The notes beneath the pieces were generated by a model. That model ran no database searches. It was not told where the DNA came from and saw nothing but the letters and a program-made list of their open reading frames with translations. The position numbers and the translations under genes were made by a program. Of a DNA stretch of 64,000 nucleotides, positions 30,547-39,535 are shown piece by piece (positions within the stretch are counted from its first letter, which is position 1; each line of letters begins with the position of its first letter). Source of the stretch: an uncultured Gammaproteobacteria bacterium. Lineage in GTDB: Bacteria; Pseudomonadota; Gammaproteobacteria; DATFLG01. The DNA lies in contig CAWHLH010000005.1 in the NCBI GenBank assembly GCA_963830105.1, forward strand, positions 154,226 through 218,225. Reading direction: 5' to 3'.

Positions 30547-30934
30547 CGGACAGATCGCAGCATCGGCGCCGCTTGCGCCAGAACGACAGCCCCAGCAGGA
30601 GGGTGCCCAGCGCCAGCAGGGCGGCGATGCCCGGTCCGTGTACTTCGGTGGGGGCCTTGGGAACCCGCGTGCCGGCAACAGCCAGGGGCGGTTTCATGGC
30701 TGGCAGCGCTGCGGACACTCGGGGTTCGGGCGCGGTTGGCGCAGGCGGGCGCTCCACGGTCTGAGGGTCCTTTTCGCCGGGTTCGGCCGCCAACGGCATG
30801 CTGTACGCCGGGCCCCCGGCGGTGCCTGCCGGCGTGGCGGTGCCGGGGCCGCGGCTGCCAGCCAGCTGCGCGGTCGCAACCACCAGGAGGAGCGGGAGGA
30901 GCCACTCCCCACGGATATCCGGCATACGGTCCAT
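30389..30934 (-). CDS. Hypothetical secreted Pro/Ala-rich protein with a C-terminal TM segment and an Arg cluster (PEP-CTERM-like?)
   Basis: It has a Sec signal peptide (LLPLLLVVATAQLAGS), a Pro-rich region, and ...GIAALLALGTLLLGLSFWRKRRR. Its 3' 150 nt overlap the USP-like gene on the other strand, so the gene model is uncertain. Confidence 0.3.
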   Translation of the reverse strand: MDRMPDIRGEWLLPLLLVVATAQLAGSRGPGTATPAGTAGGPAYSMPLAAEPGEKDPQTVERPPAPTAPEPRVSAALPAMKPPLAVAGTRVPKAPTEVHGPGIAALLALGTLLLGLSFWRKRRRCCDLSVTAPQRWYRPSAAAFVGRPPPFVASRSPAIPPPAVTPRPARPATPRCQCRHS

Positions 30935-31061
30935 ACAGTCCCCCCGCCGCTCTCTACAGTCAGAGGATATGCCAGCTTTGGGTCACCGATGGGGGATGTT
31001 TCTTCCGTTGCGGTCGTTCCGATCCGTTTCTGTTCAAGGGTGGCGCCCGGCGTGCGTGGGT

Positions 31062-31778
31062 CTACTTGTGCTTGCTCTGACCGGCCGTAATCTCGCTCAT
31101 AAGCTCCAGCTGAACCTGCTGGATCTCAACCAGCCGCTGCCACTGGGTGGACAACATGTGGTCGATCTTCTCGTGGAGCTGCCGGATTTCCAGTTCCGCT
31201 TTCATGTTGACCTGGTAGTCGTGTTGTGCGCGCAGGCGATCGCGGTCTTCCTGGCGGTTCTGGCTCATCATGATGATGGGCGCCTGAATCGCCGCCAGGC
31301 AGGACAGAACCAGGTTGAGCAGGATGAAAGGGTAGGGATCGAACGGGTGGCGCATCAAGATCACGGTGTTGACCATGACCCACAGCCCCAGCACCGCGGC
31401 AAAGGAGATCAGAAATGTCCATGAGCCCCCGAACTCCGCCAGCCGATCGGACAGGCGTTCACCGAGCGTCAGCTGCTGCTCAAATTCTGCGTCCACATTC
31501 CGGGATAGAATCTCGTGCTGGCGCAGGCTTTCGAGCACCTCGTTCTCGAGCGAGCTCAACTCGCCTGTTTCGGCCGCCACCAGGGACTGGATGTAGCGAT
31601 CCCGAAAGTGGTTCAGGTCGTTGCGGCAGATGACGCCGTCCGGGGACCAGTCGGGATGTTGCTTGCGGATCTCTTCGACGACCGCGCTGCGCAGCAGTGA
31701 GCCGGGGATCAACTCGCTGCGTGGCAGGGTGCGCCCGCAGATCGGGCAGACGGCGCTGGCGGATTGATGCTTGTTCAT
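31062..31778 (-). CDS. DUF1003 family membrane protein
   Basis: It has an N-terminal CPICGR zinc-ribbon-like motif, the PFDPYPFILLNLVLSCLAAIQAPIIMMSQNRQ DUF1003 core, and a C-terminal coiled coil. Confidence 0.65.
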   Translation of the reverse strand: MNKHQSASAVCPICGRTLPRSELIPGSLLRSAVVEEIRKQHPDWSPDGVICRNDLNHFRDRYIQSLVAAETGELSSLENEVLESLRQHEILSRNVDAEFEQQLTLGERLSDRLAEFGGSWTFLISFAAVLGLWVMVNTVILMRHPFDPYPFILLNLVLSCLAAIQAPIIMMSQNRQEDRDRLRAQHDYQVNMKAELEIRQLHEKIDHMLSTQWQRLVEIQQVQLELMSEITAGQSKHK

Positions 31779-31999
31779 CGCACACCCCCGTGCGCATCGG
31801 GCATCCGTGACATCTCGGCACTTCCTTGCGATAGTAAATCCGTTTGGCCATCGATTCGCAAGCACGCGGGAGCATGGCGGCCTGTTTCGGCCGATGAATT
31901 TATGGCCGACCGTGCTGTCTCAAGCGAGGCGGTTGTGGGAGGGGAATACACGGCTTGCCTGTCCGAGCACATCCCGGAAACCAAACCAAGGAGAACATT

Positions 32000-32500
32000 G
32001 TGGTGACCAACAGATACCATTTCGTTTTGGCCCTGCTGTGTGTTGCCTGGCTATTGGGCGGGGTTGCCCATGCCGCGGACTTGAAGGACACCGATGCCCT
32101 GCGGGGGCTCACCAGCGCCAAAGGCGTCTTCATGATCGATATCAACGACCCGCGCCGGGTGGCCCATGTGCTGGATGTGGTGGAAAAGACCGACACCGGC
32201 ATGCGCAAGCAGGGCGTGACGCCCCATATCATTGTGGTGGTGATCGGGCCGGCAGTGGCGTTTCTGACCAAGGATCGGCGCGGCATACCGTACATGGATG
32301 AGCGGGCCGTATCCCAGGTGCAAGGGGAAATCCATAAGCTCAAGACCATGGGTGTGCGTACCGAAGCCTGCGGGGTTGCCCTCAAAGGCATGGACGTCGA
32401 TCCCAAGGACGTGATTGACGACGTGCATCCGGTGGGCAACGGATTCATCTCCGCCATCGGCTATCAGGCGCAGGGCTATGAGTTGGTGCCGGTCTATTAG
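32000..32500 (+). CDS. DsrE/DsrF-like family protein with an N-terminal signal peptide (periplasmic)
   Basis: A GTG start follows an aaggag RBS. It has a signal peptide (LALLCVAWLLGGVAHA) and a DsrE-like fold pattern (GVFMIDIND...HIIVVVIGPAV...CGVAL). Confidence 0.55.
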   Translation: MVTNRYHFVLALLCVAWLLGGVAHAADLKDTDALRGLTSAKGVFMIDINDPRRVAHVLDVVEKTDTGMRKQGVTPHIIVVVIGPAVAFLTKDRRGIPYMDERAVSQVQGEIHKLKTMGVRTEACGVALKGMDVDPKDVIDDVHPVGNGFISAIGYQAQGYELVPVY

Positions 32501-32816
32501 GCAATGCAGAGTGCACAACGATGAACGATGAACTGAAGAGGGTAGGCGGTTGATGCCGTGCCGCGCGTTCCGTGGTGCAGTGGGCGTGTTTTTTGGCAGA
32601 AATGATGAAGCCCAAAGTGTTGGCGGCTGCTTACGCTGCCAGGCAGCGAGGACGCCGCGGAATAATCGATGACAACGAAGGATCAGATTCGGCGGCGGGG
32701 AGGCCGCGTTTTTTCCTTGAGGTACGTGTCCGCTGCGCAACGCTTTGTCTCTTGAAGGACATTTTCCGTGTATTCCGTGGCGTAGTCGATCTTTTCCCGG
32801 TTTATCCGGAAACCTG

Positions 32817-33644
32817 TCAGGACGGGGGCGGTGCGTTGCAGGCGGGACGGCGGCCCTGTGCCCGGGCCTGATCGTAGAGCCGCAAAGCGGCGGGCATATG
32901 CTGTTCGAGCTGGCGGATGCGGTTTTGGTCAGAGGGGTGGGTGGAGAGGAACTCGGGCGGCTTTGTACCCCCGGCGCGGGCCATGTTTTGCCACAGGGCA
33001 ATGGCCTGGCGGGGGTCGAACCCGGCCCGGGCCATGTACTGCAGGCCCAGCAGATCCGCCTCGCTTTCCTGGCCGCGGGTGAACGGCAGGATGATCCCGA
33101 CCTGGGCGCCCAGACCCAGCAGTGACAGCATCTGCTGGCTGCCGGCGCTGCCGGAGGCACCGGCCAGGGAGCCCAGCAGCTGCAGGCCGGTCTGGGTGGC
33201 GTACTCGGCGGACATGCGTGCGTTGGGGTGGCGGGCTTCCACATGGCCGATCTCATGGCCGACGACCGCAGCGAGCTGGGCCGGCGTGCGCGTGACCTTC
33301 AGCAGGCCGGTGTAGACACCGATTTTCCCGCCCGGCAGTGCGAACGCGTTGATGGTCTTGTCCTCCTTGAACACCGTGACCTGCCATCGGCCACCGCCTG
33401 GGGGTGGCGGCACGACCGCGGTGATGGCGCGGACCACACAGTCAACGTCCCGGTTCATCGCCGGATCGTGAGATACCGGCGTCTGCTGGCGGACCTGCTG
33501 GTAGGCGCTGTCGCCCAGCCTGGTCATTTCCTGGGGCGAGAAGAATTCGAGCTGACGGCGCCCGGTGGGTGAGCTGGCGCAGCCGGTGAGTGCGCTCAGA
33601 ATGACGGCCGCCAGCAGCACGGTGTTCAGACCACGTGCGAACAT
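32817..33644 (-). CDS. M48 family zinc metallopeptidase lipoprotein
   Basis: It has a lipobox (LTGC), an HEIGH zinc motif and a downstream Glu (SEADLLG). Confidence 0.8.
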   Translation of the reverse strand: MFARGLNTVLLAAVILSALTGCASSPTGRRQLEFFSPQEMTRLGDSAYQQVRQQTPVSHDPAMNRDVDCVVRAITAVVPPPPGGGRWQVTVFKEDKTINAFALPGGKIGVYTGLLKVTRTPAQLAAVVGHEIGHVEARHPNARMSAEYATQTGLQLLGSLAGASGSAGSQQMLSLLGLGAQVGIILPFTRGQESEADLLGLQYMARAGFDPRQAIALWQNMARAGGTKPPEFLSTHPSDQNRIRQLEQHMPAALRLYDQARAQGRRPACNAPPPS

Positions 33645-33712
33645 GAATCCTCCAGGTCGCCGAGGCGTTCGCCTTGCAGACAATCGCCGGCCGTCCATGG
33701 CCGACGGTTGTT

Positions 33713-34399
33713 TCAGGGGCTTTCGCTCTGTCGCGGTCCGCCGGTCAGGGGCACGAATGCAACGGCCAGCAGTCGCGTCTGTTCGAACGAGCCGTCCGCC
33801 GTCTTCTCGATCAACACCAGATCTTCATTGTAGCCGTTGGCCCGCAGAGGCAGGACCAGACGCCCTCCGGGCTTGAGTTGCTCGAGCAGCGGTGGCGGCA
33901 CCACGCGGGCAGTGGCGGTAACGAGTATGCCGTCGTAGGGGGCGTGTTCGGGCCAACCGTAGTAGCCGTCGGCATTCCCGACGGTCACGTTGCCACAGCC
34001 CTCGGCGGCCAGGCGCCGGCGCGCCGCGTCGGCGAGTTCAGGGATGATCTCCACCGTATAGACCGTCTGCACCAGCCGCGAGAGTACCGTCGCCTGGTAG
34101 CCCGAACCGGTGCCGATCTCCAGTACCCGGTGCTGCGGCCGGGTATTGAGCAACTCGGTCATCAGCGCCACGATGTAGGGCTGGGAGATGGTCTGGCCGT
34201 GACCGATGGCCAGCGGCTGATTGTCGTAGGCGTAGGCATCCAGTCCGTCGCCCACGAAGCGTTCGCGGGCCACCTGGGCCAGTGCCTTGCGGACCTCAGA
34301 GGCCAGTGCGCGCCGTCCTGTATAGGCGGCGGTGGCCAGCATCTCCGCGTCTATTTCCTCGAGCAGACGCTCCCGGTCCTCAGTATGGTGCGTGCCCAT
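33713..34399 (-). CDS. pcm: Protein-L-isoaspartate O-methyltransferase
   Basis: The GQTISQPYIVALMTELL and VLEIGTGSGYQ SAM-binding motifs are present. Confidence 0.85.
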   Translation of the reverse strand: MGTHHTEDRERLLEEIDAEMLATAAYTGRRALASEVRKALAQVARERFVGDGLDAYAYDNQPLAIGHGQTISQPYIVALMTELLNTRPQHRVLEIGTGSGYQATVLSRLVQTVYTVEIIPELADAARRRLAAEGCGNVTVGNADGYYGWPEHAPYDGILVTATARVVPPPLLEQLKPGGRLVLPLRANGYNEDLVLIEKTADGSFEQTRLLAVAFVPLTGGPRQSESP

Positions 34400-34462
34400 T
34401 TCGCGTCTCGATCGGTATGTCGGAGTCGTGAGCCGCAAGGGCCTTTCGATCGATGCGGGTCA

Positions 34463-35080
34463 CTATTGACTGTAGTCCAGCCGTACACGCACCGCTTCTT
34501 CCTGCTCGATGTCCTCCAGGTGGGCCTCCAACTCGTGAAGCGCCTCCCTGATTTCGGGCAGCAGCACGTCCTCCAGGGCGCGTGCCCGGCGCTCAGTGCG
34601 CCGATATTCCTCCAGCAGCCGATGCAGGTTGCCGGTGATGGCGGCCAACGTGGCACTGTGTTCCAGCAGTACGAGGAACCGCGCCCCGCAGTGCCGGGCC
34701 TCGGGGGAGGGGTTCTCGGCTGGAGCCGCCGGGCGCTCGGCCTTGAGCGTCACCTCGGGGCGGACCAGCGCCACGCCCAGAAACGAGCGTCCCTGCAGCC
34801 GCATTTCGCTGTCGTCCAGCGGCGCGGCAGGGTACACGGTGGTGCCTTCCAGTCCGTGGCGGCGCACGGACTGGCGCAGGGCCGCACTGGCCTGCCTGTG
34901 CAGCTCGTTGAAGTGTTCGCGCTGGCGCTCGTAGTCCTGGATCTGGCGAATGATCTCTGCGGCCAGCAGCAGCCGCTTTTCGTCCAGGAAGCGATAGCCC
35001 TCCTGCATGACCTGCTGTTCTTCGCGCAGCTCCAGCAGAGCCGAGTGGGTCGGGGCGTAGCTCGCGCCGGTGTCAGGCAT
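34463..35080 (-). CDS. atpD: V/A-type ATPase subunit D
   Basis: 205-aa coiled-coil protein with the typical subunit D N-terminus (LLELREEQ...GYRFLDEKR); it is the last gene of the V-type operon. Confidence 0.75.
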   Translation of the reverse strand: MPDTGASYAPTHSALLELREEQQVMQEGYRFLDEKRLLLAAEIIRQIQDYERQREHFNELHRQASAALRQSVRRHGLEGTTVYPAAPLDDSEMRLQGRSFLGVALVRPEVTLKAERPAAPAENPSPEARHCGARFLVLLEHSATLAAITGNLHRLLEEYRRTERRARALEDVLLPEIREALHELEAHLEDIEQEEAVRVRLDYSQ

Positions 35081-36464
35081 CGTCCCCGACCTGCGTGATG
35101 TATCTCTGGATCTGCGCGTCGCTCAGCCGGCTCAGCTCGGCCGCCGGCAACAGGGACAGCAGTTTCCAGCCGATGGCCATGCTGTCTTCCAGCGTGCGGG
35201 CCTGTTCCTGGCGCACCAGGGTATCTTCGAAGCGCTCCCCGAATTCGAGGTATCGCCTGTCCACGTCCGTCAGACCCTCGGCCCCCACGACGCTGGCGAG
35301 AATGCGCATCTGCACGGCTCGTGCATAAGCGGCGTACAGTTGATTGGCCAGATCGGGGTGATCCGGATGGGTGTAGTCCTTGCCGGTGCCGTCCTTCATG
35401 AGCCGCGACAAGCTGGGCAGCACCTTGATGGGCGGATAGATGTCGCGCCGGGCAAGCTCGCGGTCCAGCACGATCTGGCCCTCGGTAATGTAGCCGCTCA
35501 GGTCGGGAATCGGATGGGTGATGTCATCGGCCGGCATGGTCAGAATGGGCATCTGGGTCAATGTGCCGGGATGACCTTTGATGCGCCCGGCCCGCTCGTA
35601 GATGCTGGCCAGATCGGAGTACATGTAGCCGGGATAGCCCTTGCGGCTCGGAATTTCGCCGTGGCTGGCGGACACTTCCCGCAGGGCTTCGCAGTAGTTG
35701 GTCAGATCCGTCATGATCAGCAGCACATGACGACCTTCCACAAAAGCCAGATATTCGGCCGCCGTCAGGGCGAAACGCGGTGTCAGCAGGCGCTGCACGC
35801 TGGAGTCGCTGGCCAGGTTCAGGAACAGGGCGGTGCGCGCCAGGGCACCGCTGGTTTCCATGGCGTGGCGGAAGGACTCGGCGGCGTCGTGGGGAATGCC
35901 GATGCCTACGAATACGATGGCGAACGAGTCGCCGTGTTCGCCGCGCAGCCGCGCCTGTTGAGCGATCTGAATGGCCAGGCGGTCGTGGGGCAGGCCGCCG
36001 CCGGAGAAGATGGGTAGTTTCTGGCCGCGCACCAGGCTGTTCATCAAGTCGATGGTGGAAATGCCGGTCTCGATGAAATCGGTGGGCATGGCCCGTTCGG
36101 CCGGATTGATGGCGAGCCCTTCGATGCGCAGACGCTGCTTGGCCGCGATCGGCGGTCCACCGTCGAGTACCCGGCCCACACCGTCGAAGGTGCGCCCCAG
36201 AATGTCCGGGCCCAGGCTGAAGTGGACCGGTTCGCCCTGGAAGCGCACGCGGGTGGAGGCCAGGGCCAAACCGGTGGTCGATTCCAGCACCTCCACGATC
36301 ATGAACTCCTCGTCCAGGGTCGAGATGCGTCCGAGCCGGACACGCCCGTCCGCACCGACCACTTCCACCGATTCGTTCAAGCCCACATCGATGGTGCGGT
36401 GCAGGAACAGCAGGGGCCCCTCGATGCGTGTGGCCGCGTCACTCAGGTACAGGTCAGCCTGCAT
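35073..36464 (-). CDS. atpB: V/A-type ATPase subunit B
   Basis: It is homologous to the A/B-subunit family but has a degenerate P-loop (SGGGLPHDRL), which is typical of the regulatory B subunit. Confidence 0.9.
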   Translation of the reverse strand: MQADLYLSDAATRIEGPLLFLHRTIDVGLNESVEVVGADGRVRLGRISTLDEEFMIVEVLESTTGLALASTRVRFQGEPVHFSLGPDILGRTFDGVGRVLDGGPPIAAKQRLRIEGLAINPAERAMPTDFIETGISTIDLMNSLVRGQKLPIFSGGGLPHDRLAIQIAQQARLRGEHGDSFAIVFVGIGIPHDAAESFRHAMETSGALARTALFLNLASDSSVQRLLTPRFALTAAEYLAFVEGRHVLLIMTDLTNYCEALREVSASHGEIPSRKGYPGYMYSDLASIYERAGRIKGHPGTLTQMPILTMPADDITHPIPDLSGYITEGQIVLDRELARRDIYPPIKVLPSLSRLMKDGTGKDYTHPDHPDLANQLYAAYARAVQMRILASVVGAEGLTDVDRRYLEFGERFEDTLVRQEQARTLEDSMAIGWKLLSLLPAAELSRLSDAQIQRYITQVGDDA

Positions 36465-38208
36465 GGGCGCTTTCTCCTTCCAGCGCTCCAAACGCGCTTT
36501 CCAATGTGGTGGACAGCTGATGGAACTCCTCCAGCTGATTTTCGCCGATCTCCTCGCCCATACGCTGCAGGCGGCGCAGGACGGGCAGATCGGTAATGCG
36601 ATCGAGCGGGACGTTGTTGTCGACAGCGTTCAGCGCCAGGTCGATGAAGCGGGTGATCAGATTCATCATGGCGGTCTGGCGGGCCGGGGAGGCGTAGCGA
36701 TCCAGCTCGGAGAACGAGGATTGGCGCAGAAAGCCGTGATTGATCAGATCGCCGCACAGCAGAATGCATTGCTGACGGGGCGGCAGGGCGTCCTTGCCGA
36801 CGATGCGCGCCATGCGTTCCAGGCGGGTCTGTTCTTCCAGCACCTGCAGCAGTTGGCGGCGCTGCGCCGCCCACTGGGGGTGCCCCTCGCCCTTCCACCA
36901 CCAGGCCAGAGACTCCACGTCCTCGGTGTACGACTGCAGCGGATGCACCGCGGGGTAGAAGCGGGCCTGGGCCCGACCCCTGTCCAGGGCCCAGAAGCTG
37001 CGCACGTAGCGTTTGGTGTGGGTGGTCACCGGCTCGGAAAAGTCGCCGGCCGGGGGGCTGACGGCGCCGATCAGGGTCAACGAACCCTCCTTGCCTCCGA
37101 GGGTGCGCACCCTGGCGGCGCGTTCGTAGAACTCGGCCAGTCGGCTTCCCAGATAAGCGGGATAACCCGCCTCGCCGGGCAGCTCGCCCAGGCGTCCGGA
37201 GACTTCCCGCAGCGCTTCGGCCCAGCGGCTGGTCGAATCGGCCATCAGCGCCACGTGCATGCCCTGATCGCGGAAGTACTCGCCCACCGTGACGCCGGTG
37301 TAGATGCTGGCTTCGCGCGCCGCCACCGGCATGTTGGAGGTGTTGGCGATGATGACCGTGCGCTCCATGAGTGCACGGCCGCTGCGCGGGTCCTGCAGCT
37401 TGGGAAACTCGTGCAGCACGCCGGCCATTTCGTTGCCCCGTTCGCCGCAGCCCACGTAGACGATGATATCGGCGTCGCACCACTTGGCGAGACTCTCCTG
37501 CAGCACGGTCTTGCCGGTGCCGAAACCGCCGGGCAGGGCGGCTTTGCCGCCGCGGGCCACCGGGAACAAGGCGTCCAGGATGCGCTGGCCGGTGAGCATG
37601 GGGCGGTCGGCCGGCAGCCGTTCGGCCACCGGGCGCGGGCTGCGCACGGGCCAGCGTTGGAGCATGGAAATGGGATGGCGGGTGCCGTCGTCGGTCTCCA
37701 GCACGGCGAGGGTCGCGTCTTCACGGTAGTTGCCGGCGTCCACGATCTCCACCACCTTGCCGCGCCGGTCGGGCGGCACCAGGCAGCGCTGTTGCAGACC
37801 CCCGGCAGGCAACAGGCGGCCCAGCACCTGCCCGGGTCCGAGTTTCTCGCCCACCTGCACCCCTGGCTCGAAAGGCAGTTCCACGGGCGCCCGGGCATAC
37901 ATGCCCGGGCGTACGTAGGTCATGCCCAAGCCCGATAGCGGGCGCAGCAGGCCGTCGAAGATGCTGCCGAGCAGCCCCGGCCCGAGCTCCACCGCCAGTG
38001 GGGTCCCGGTTCCCTGTACGGGCACGCCGGGCCGCAGGCCGGTGGTGTCTTCATAGACCTGCACTACGATCTCGTCCTCGCGCAGCCGGATCACTTCGCC
38101 GAGCAGCTGCTGATCGCCGATCAGCACCGCCTCGTTCATGCTGAACGGTCCGCTCGGCCGGGCTCTGAGCACGGGGCCGCTGATCCAGCGGATGACTGCC
38201 TCAGCCAT
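36454..38208 (-). CDS. atpA: V/A-type ATPase catalytic subunit A
   Basis: It has a Walker A motif (GGFGTGKTVLQ) and an N-terminal beta-barrel; 584 aa. Confidence 0.9.
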   Translation of the reverse strand: MAEAVIRWISGPVLRARPSGPFSMNEAVLIGDQQLLGEVIRLREDEIVVQVYEDTTGLRPGVPVQGTGTPLAVELGPGLLGSIFDGLLRPLSGLGMTYVRPGMYARAPVELPFEPGVQVGEKLGPGQVLGRLLPAGGLQQRCLVPPDRRGKVVEIVDAGNYREDATLAVLETDDGTRHPISMLQRWPVRSPRPVAERLPADRPMLTGQRILDALFPVARGGKAALPGGFGTGKTVLQESLAKWCDADIIVYVGCGERGNEMAGVLHEFPKLQDPRSGRALMERTVIIANTSNMPVAAREASIYTGVTVGEYFRDQGMHVALMADSTSRWAEALREVSGRLGELPGEAGYPAYLGSRLAEFYERAARVRTLGGKEGSLTLIGAVSPPAGDFSEPVTTHTKRYVRSFWALDRGRAQARFYPAVHPLQSYTEDVESLAWWWKGEGHPQWAAQRRQLLQVLEEQTRLERMARIVGKDALPPRQQCILLCGDLINHGFLRQSSFSELDRYASPARQTAMMNLITRFIDLALNAVDNNVPLDRITDLPVLRRLQRMGEEIGENQLEEFHQLSTTLESAFGALEGESAHAG

Positions 38209-38265
38209 GGGGGTGCCTTCGCTCGGTCAGCCTGGGTCGGGACAGGGCATTGGGGCGCTTCAGAA

Positions 38266-38892
38266 TCATTGTTGGGCCTCTTCCAGGTGGGCCAGCAGCT
38301 GGGATTCGATTTCCTGCCGGTTCCCGAGCATGCCGGCAATGGTGCCGTCAAGGCAGGCCCCGCCGGCGCAGATGCGCAGTCCGGCGGTTATCTTGTCATC
38401 GGCCTGGAATACGCAGCTCGCGCCGCTGCGGGCTTCGATGCGGGTGCGCCAGTCGTTCAGTTCATCCCAGGCCCAGCCCGGCGGATGGTCGATGCGCCAG
38501 GGTGCTTTCGGCAGGCTCTGCAGGCCGCGCTCGCTGAGGGCGGCCAGCCACTGGCGGCGGCTGTCCGGCGCCTCCCAACGCATCGCCAAGGCGCGCTCCA
38601 GGCGGCGCCACGCTCGGTGCAGGGTGTGGGACACCGCACCGTGGTAGTGCTGGCGGTTGCGGGTTTCCAACTGGGCCCGGGCCGCTTCGATGCGCAGCCG
38701 TGCGTGCAGGCGTTCTTCCTCGATAGCCTTGTGGACCTGCTGACGCGCTTCCCGGTGTGCACTCTTGACGGACTGCCGGGCCTGTTCCCTCGCCTCACGC
38801 CGGATCTGCTCGCAGCGCTGGGCTGCATGCTCCTGCAGCAGTTCCAGCAGCGCATCCAACGGTTCGCGGATATCGGCTTCGTGCCCGTTCAT
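38266..38892 (-). CDS. V/A-type ATPase subunit E
   Basis: 208 aa with a long N-terminal coiled coil and a C-terminal globular part, in the operon position expected for subunit E. Confidence 0.55.
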   Translation of the reverse strand: MNGHEADIREPLDALLELLQEHAAQRCEQIRREAREQARQSVKSAHREARQQVHKAIEEERLHARLRIEAARAQLETRNRQHYHGAVSHTLHRAWRRLERALAMRWEAPDSRRQWLAALSERGLQSLPKAPWRIDHPPGWAWDELNDWRTRIEARSGASCVFQADDKITAGLRICAGGACLDGTIAGMLGNRQEIESQLLAHLEEAQQ

Positions 38893-39188
38893 GCGCCGAC
38901 GCCCAGTTGCCCGCGCAGCCAGGCGGCAAGGTCGGGAGGAGTGGCATGGCCCCCCGCGTCCGGGACCACCACCACCAGCGTCTGGCGGTGGCGCAGTGCA
39001 GCGCGCAACTCCCGCTCGGGCAGGCGCTGGGCGAAATCGGCACTCAGCAGCAGCAGGCCGGTCTGTTCCAGCGCCCAGGCGAGCAGCGCTGCCGGGTCGT
39101 CGGCAGCATCGGCGAGCCGGGTGCGTGCCCCGGCCAGGCGATATCCGGCGGCAGTGAGGGGGTCGCCGATGAACAGTGGGGCCGTCAT
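38889..39188 (-). CDS. V/A-type ATPase subunit F
   Basis: 99 aa, starting MTAPLFIGDPLTAAGYRLAGA, typical of subunit F. Confidence 0.65.
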   Translation of the reverse strand: MTAPLFIGDPLTAAGYRLAGARTRLADAADDPAALLAWALEQTGLLLLSADFAQRLPERELRAALRHRQTLVVVVPDAGGHATPPDLAAWLRGQLGVGA

Positions 39189-39535
39189 CAGCCCAACCGA
39201 TTCAGGATCAGGATGGAGACGATCAACCCGTAGATGGCGATCCCCTCGGCGAGCCCGACCAGAACGATGGTGCGACCCAGCAGTTCGGGTTTCTCCGCCA
39301 GTGCGCCCACGGCGGCGCTACCCACCGCGGCGACGGCATAGCCGGCTCCCAGGGAAGACATGCCGGTGGCCAGAGCCGCAGCGAGATAGCCCCATTGCAG
39401 GACGCCGGGCGCAATGGCCGTGCGCATGGCCTCGTCGGCGCCGAAGGCAGGGGACACGAACAGCATGGCGGTACCGGCCAGGCAGAAGATGCCAGCCATC
39501 ACGGTGAGTGCCAGCGCGACGCGCGGTCTTTTCAT
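39188..39535 (-). CDS. V/A-type ATPase proteolipid subunit K (c)
   Basis: It is a single helical hairpin with a Gly/Ala-rich helix 1 and a conserved carboxylate in helix 2 (GLAEGIAIYGLI). Confidence 0.75.
   Translation of the reverse strand: MKRPRVALALTVMAGIFCLAGTAMLFVSPAFGADEAMRTAIAPGVLQWGYLAAALATGMSSLGAGYAVAAVGSAAVGALAEKPELLGRTIVLVGLAEGIAIYGLIVSILILNRLG

Noticed and set aside
38269-39507. 412-aa plus-strand ORF across V-ATPase E/F/K
   Set aside because: It is antisense to three well-supported V-type subunit genes and has low-complexity Arg/Ala/Pro composition.
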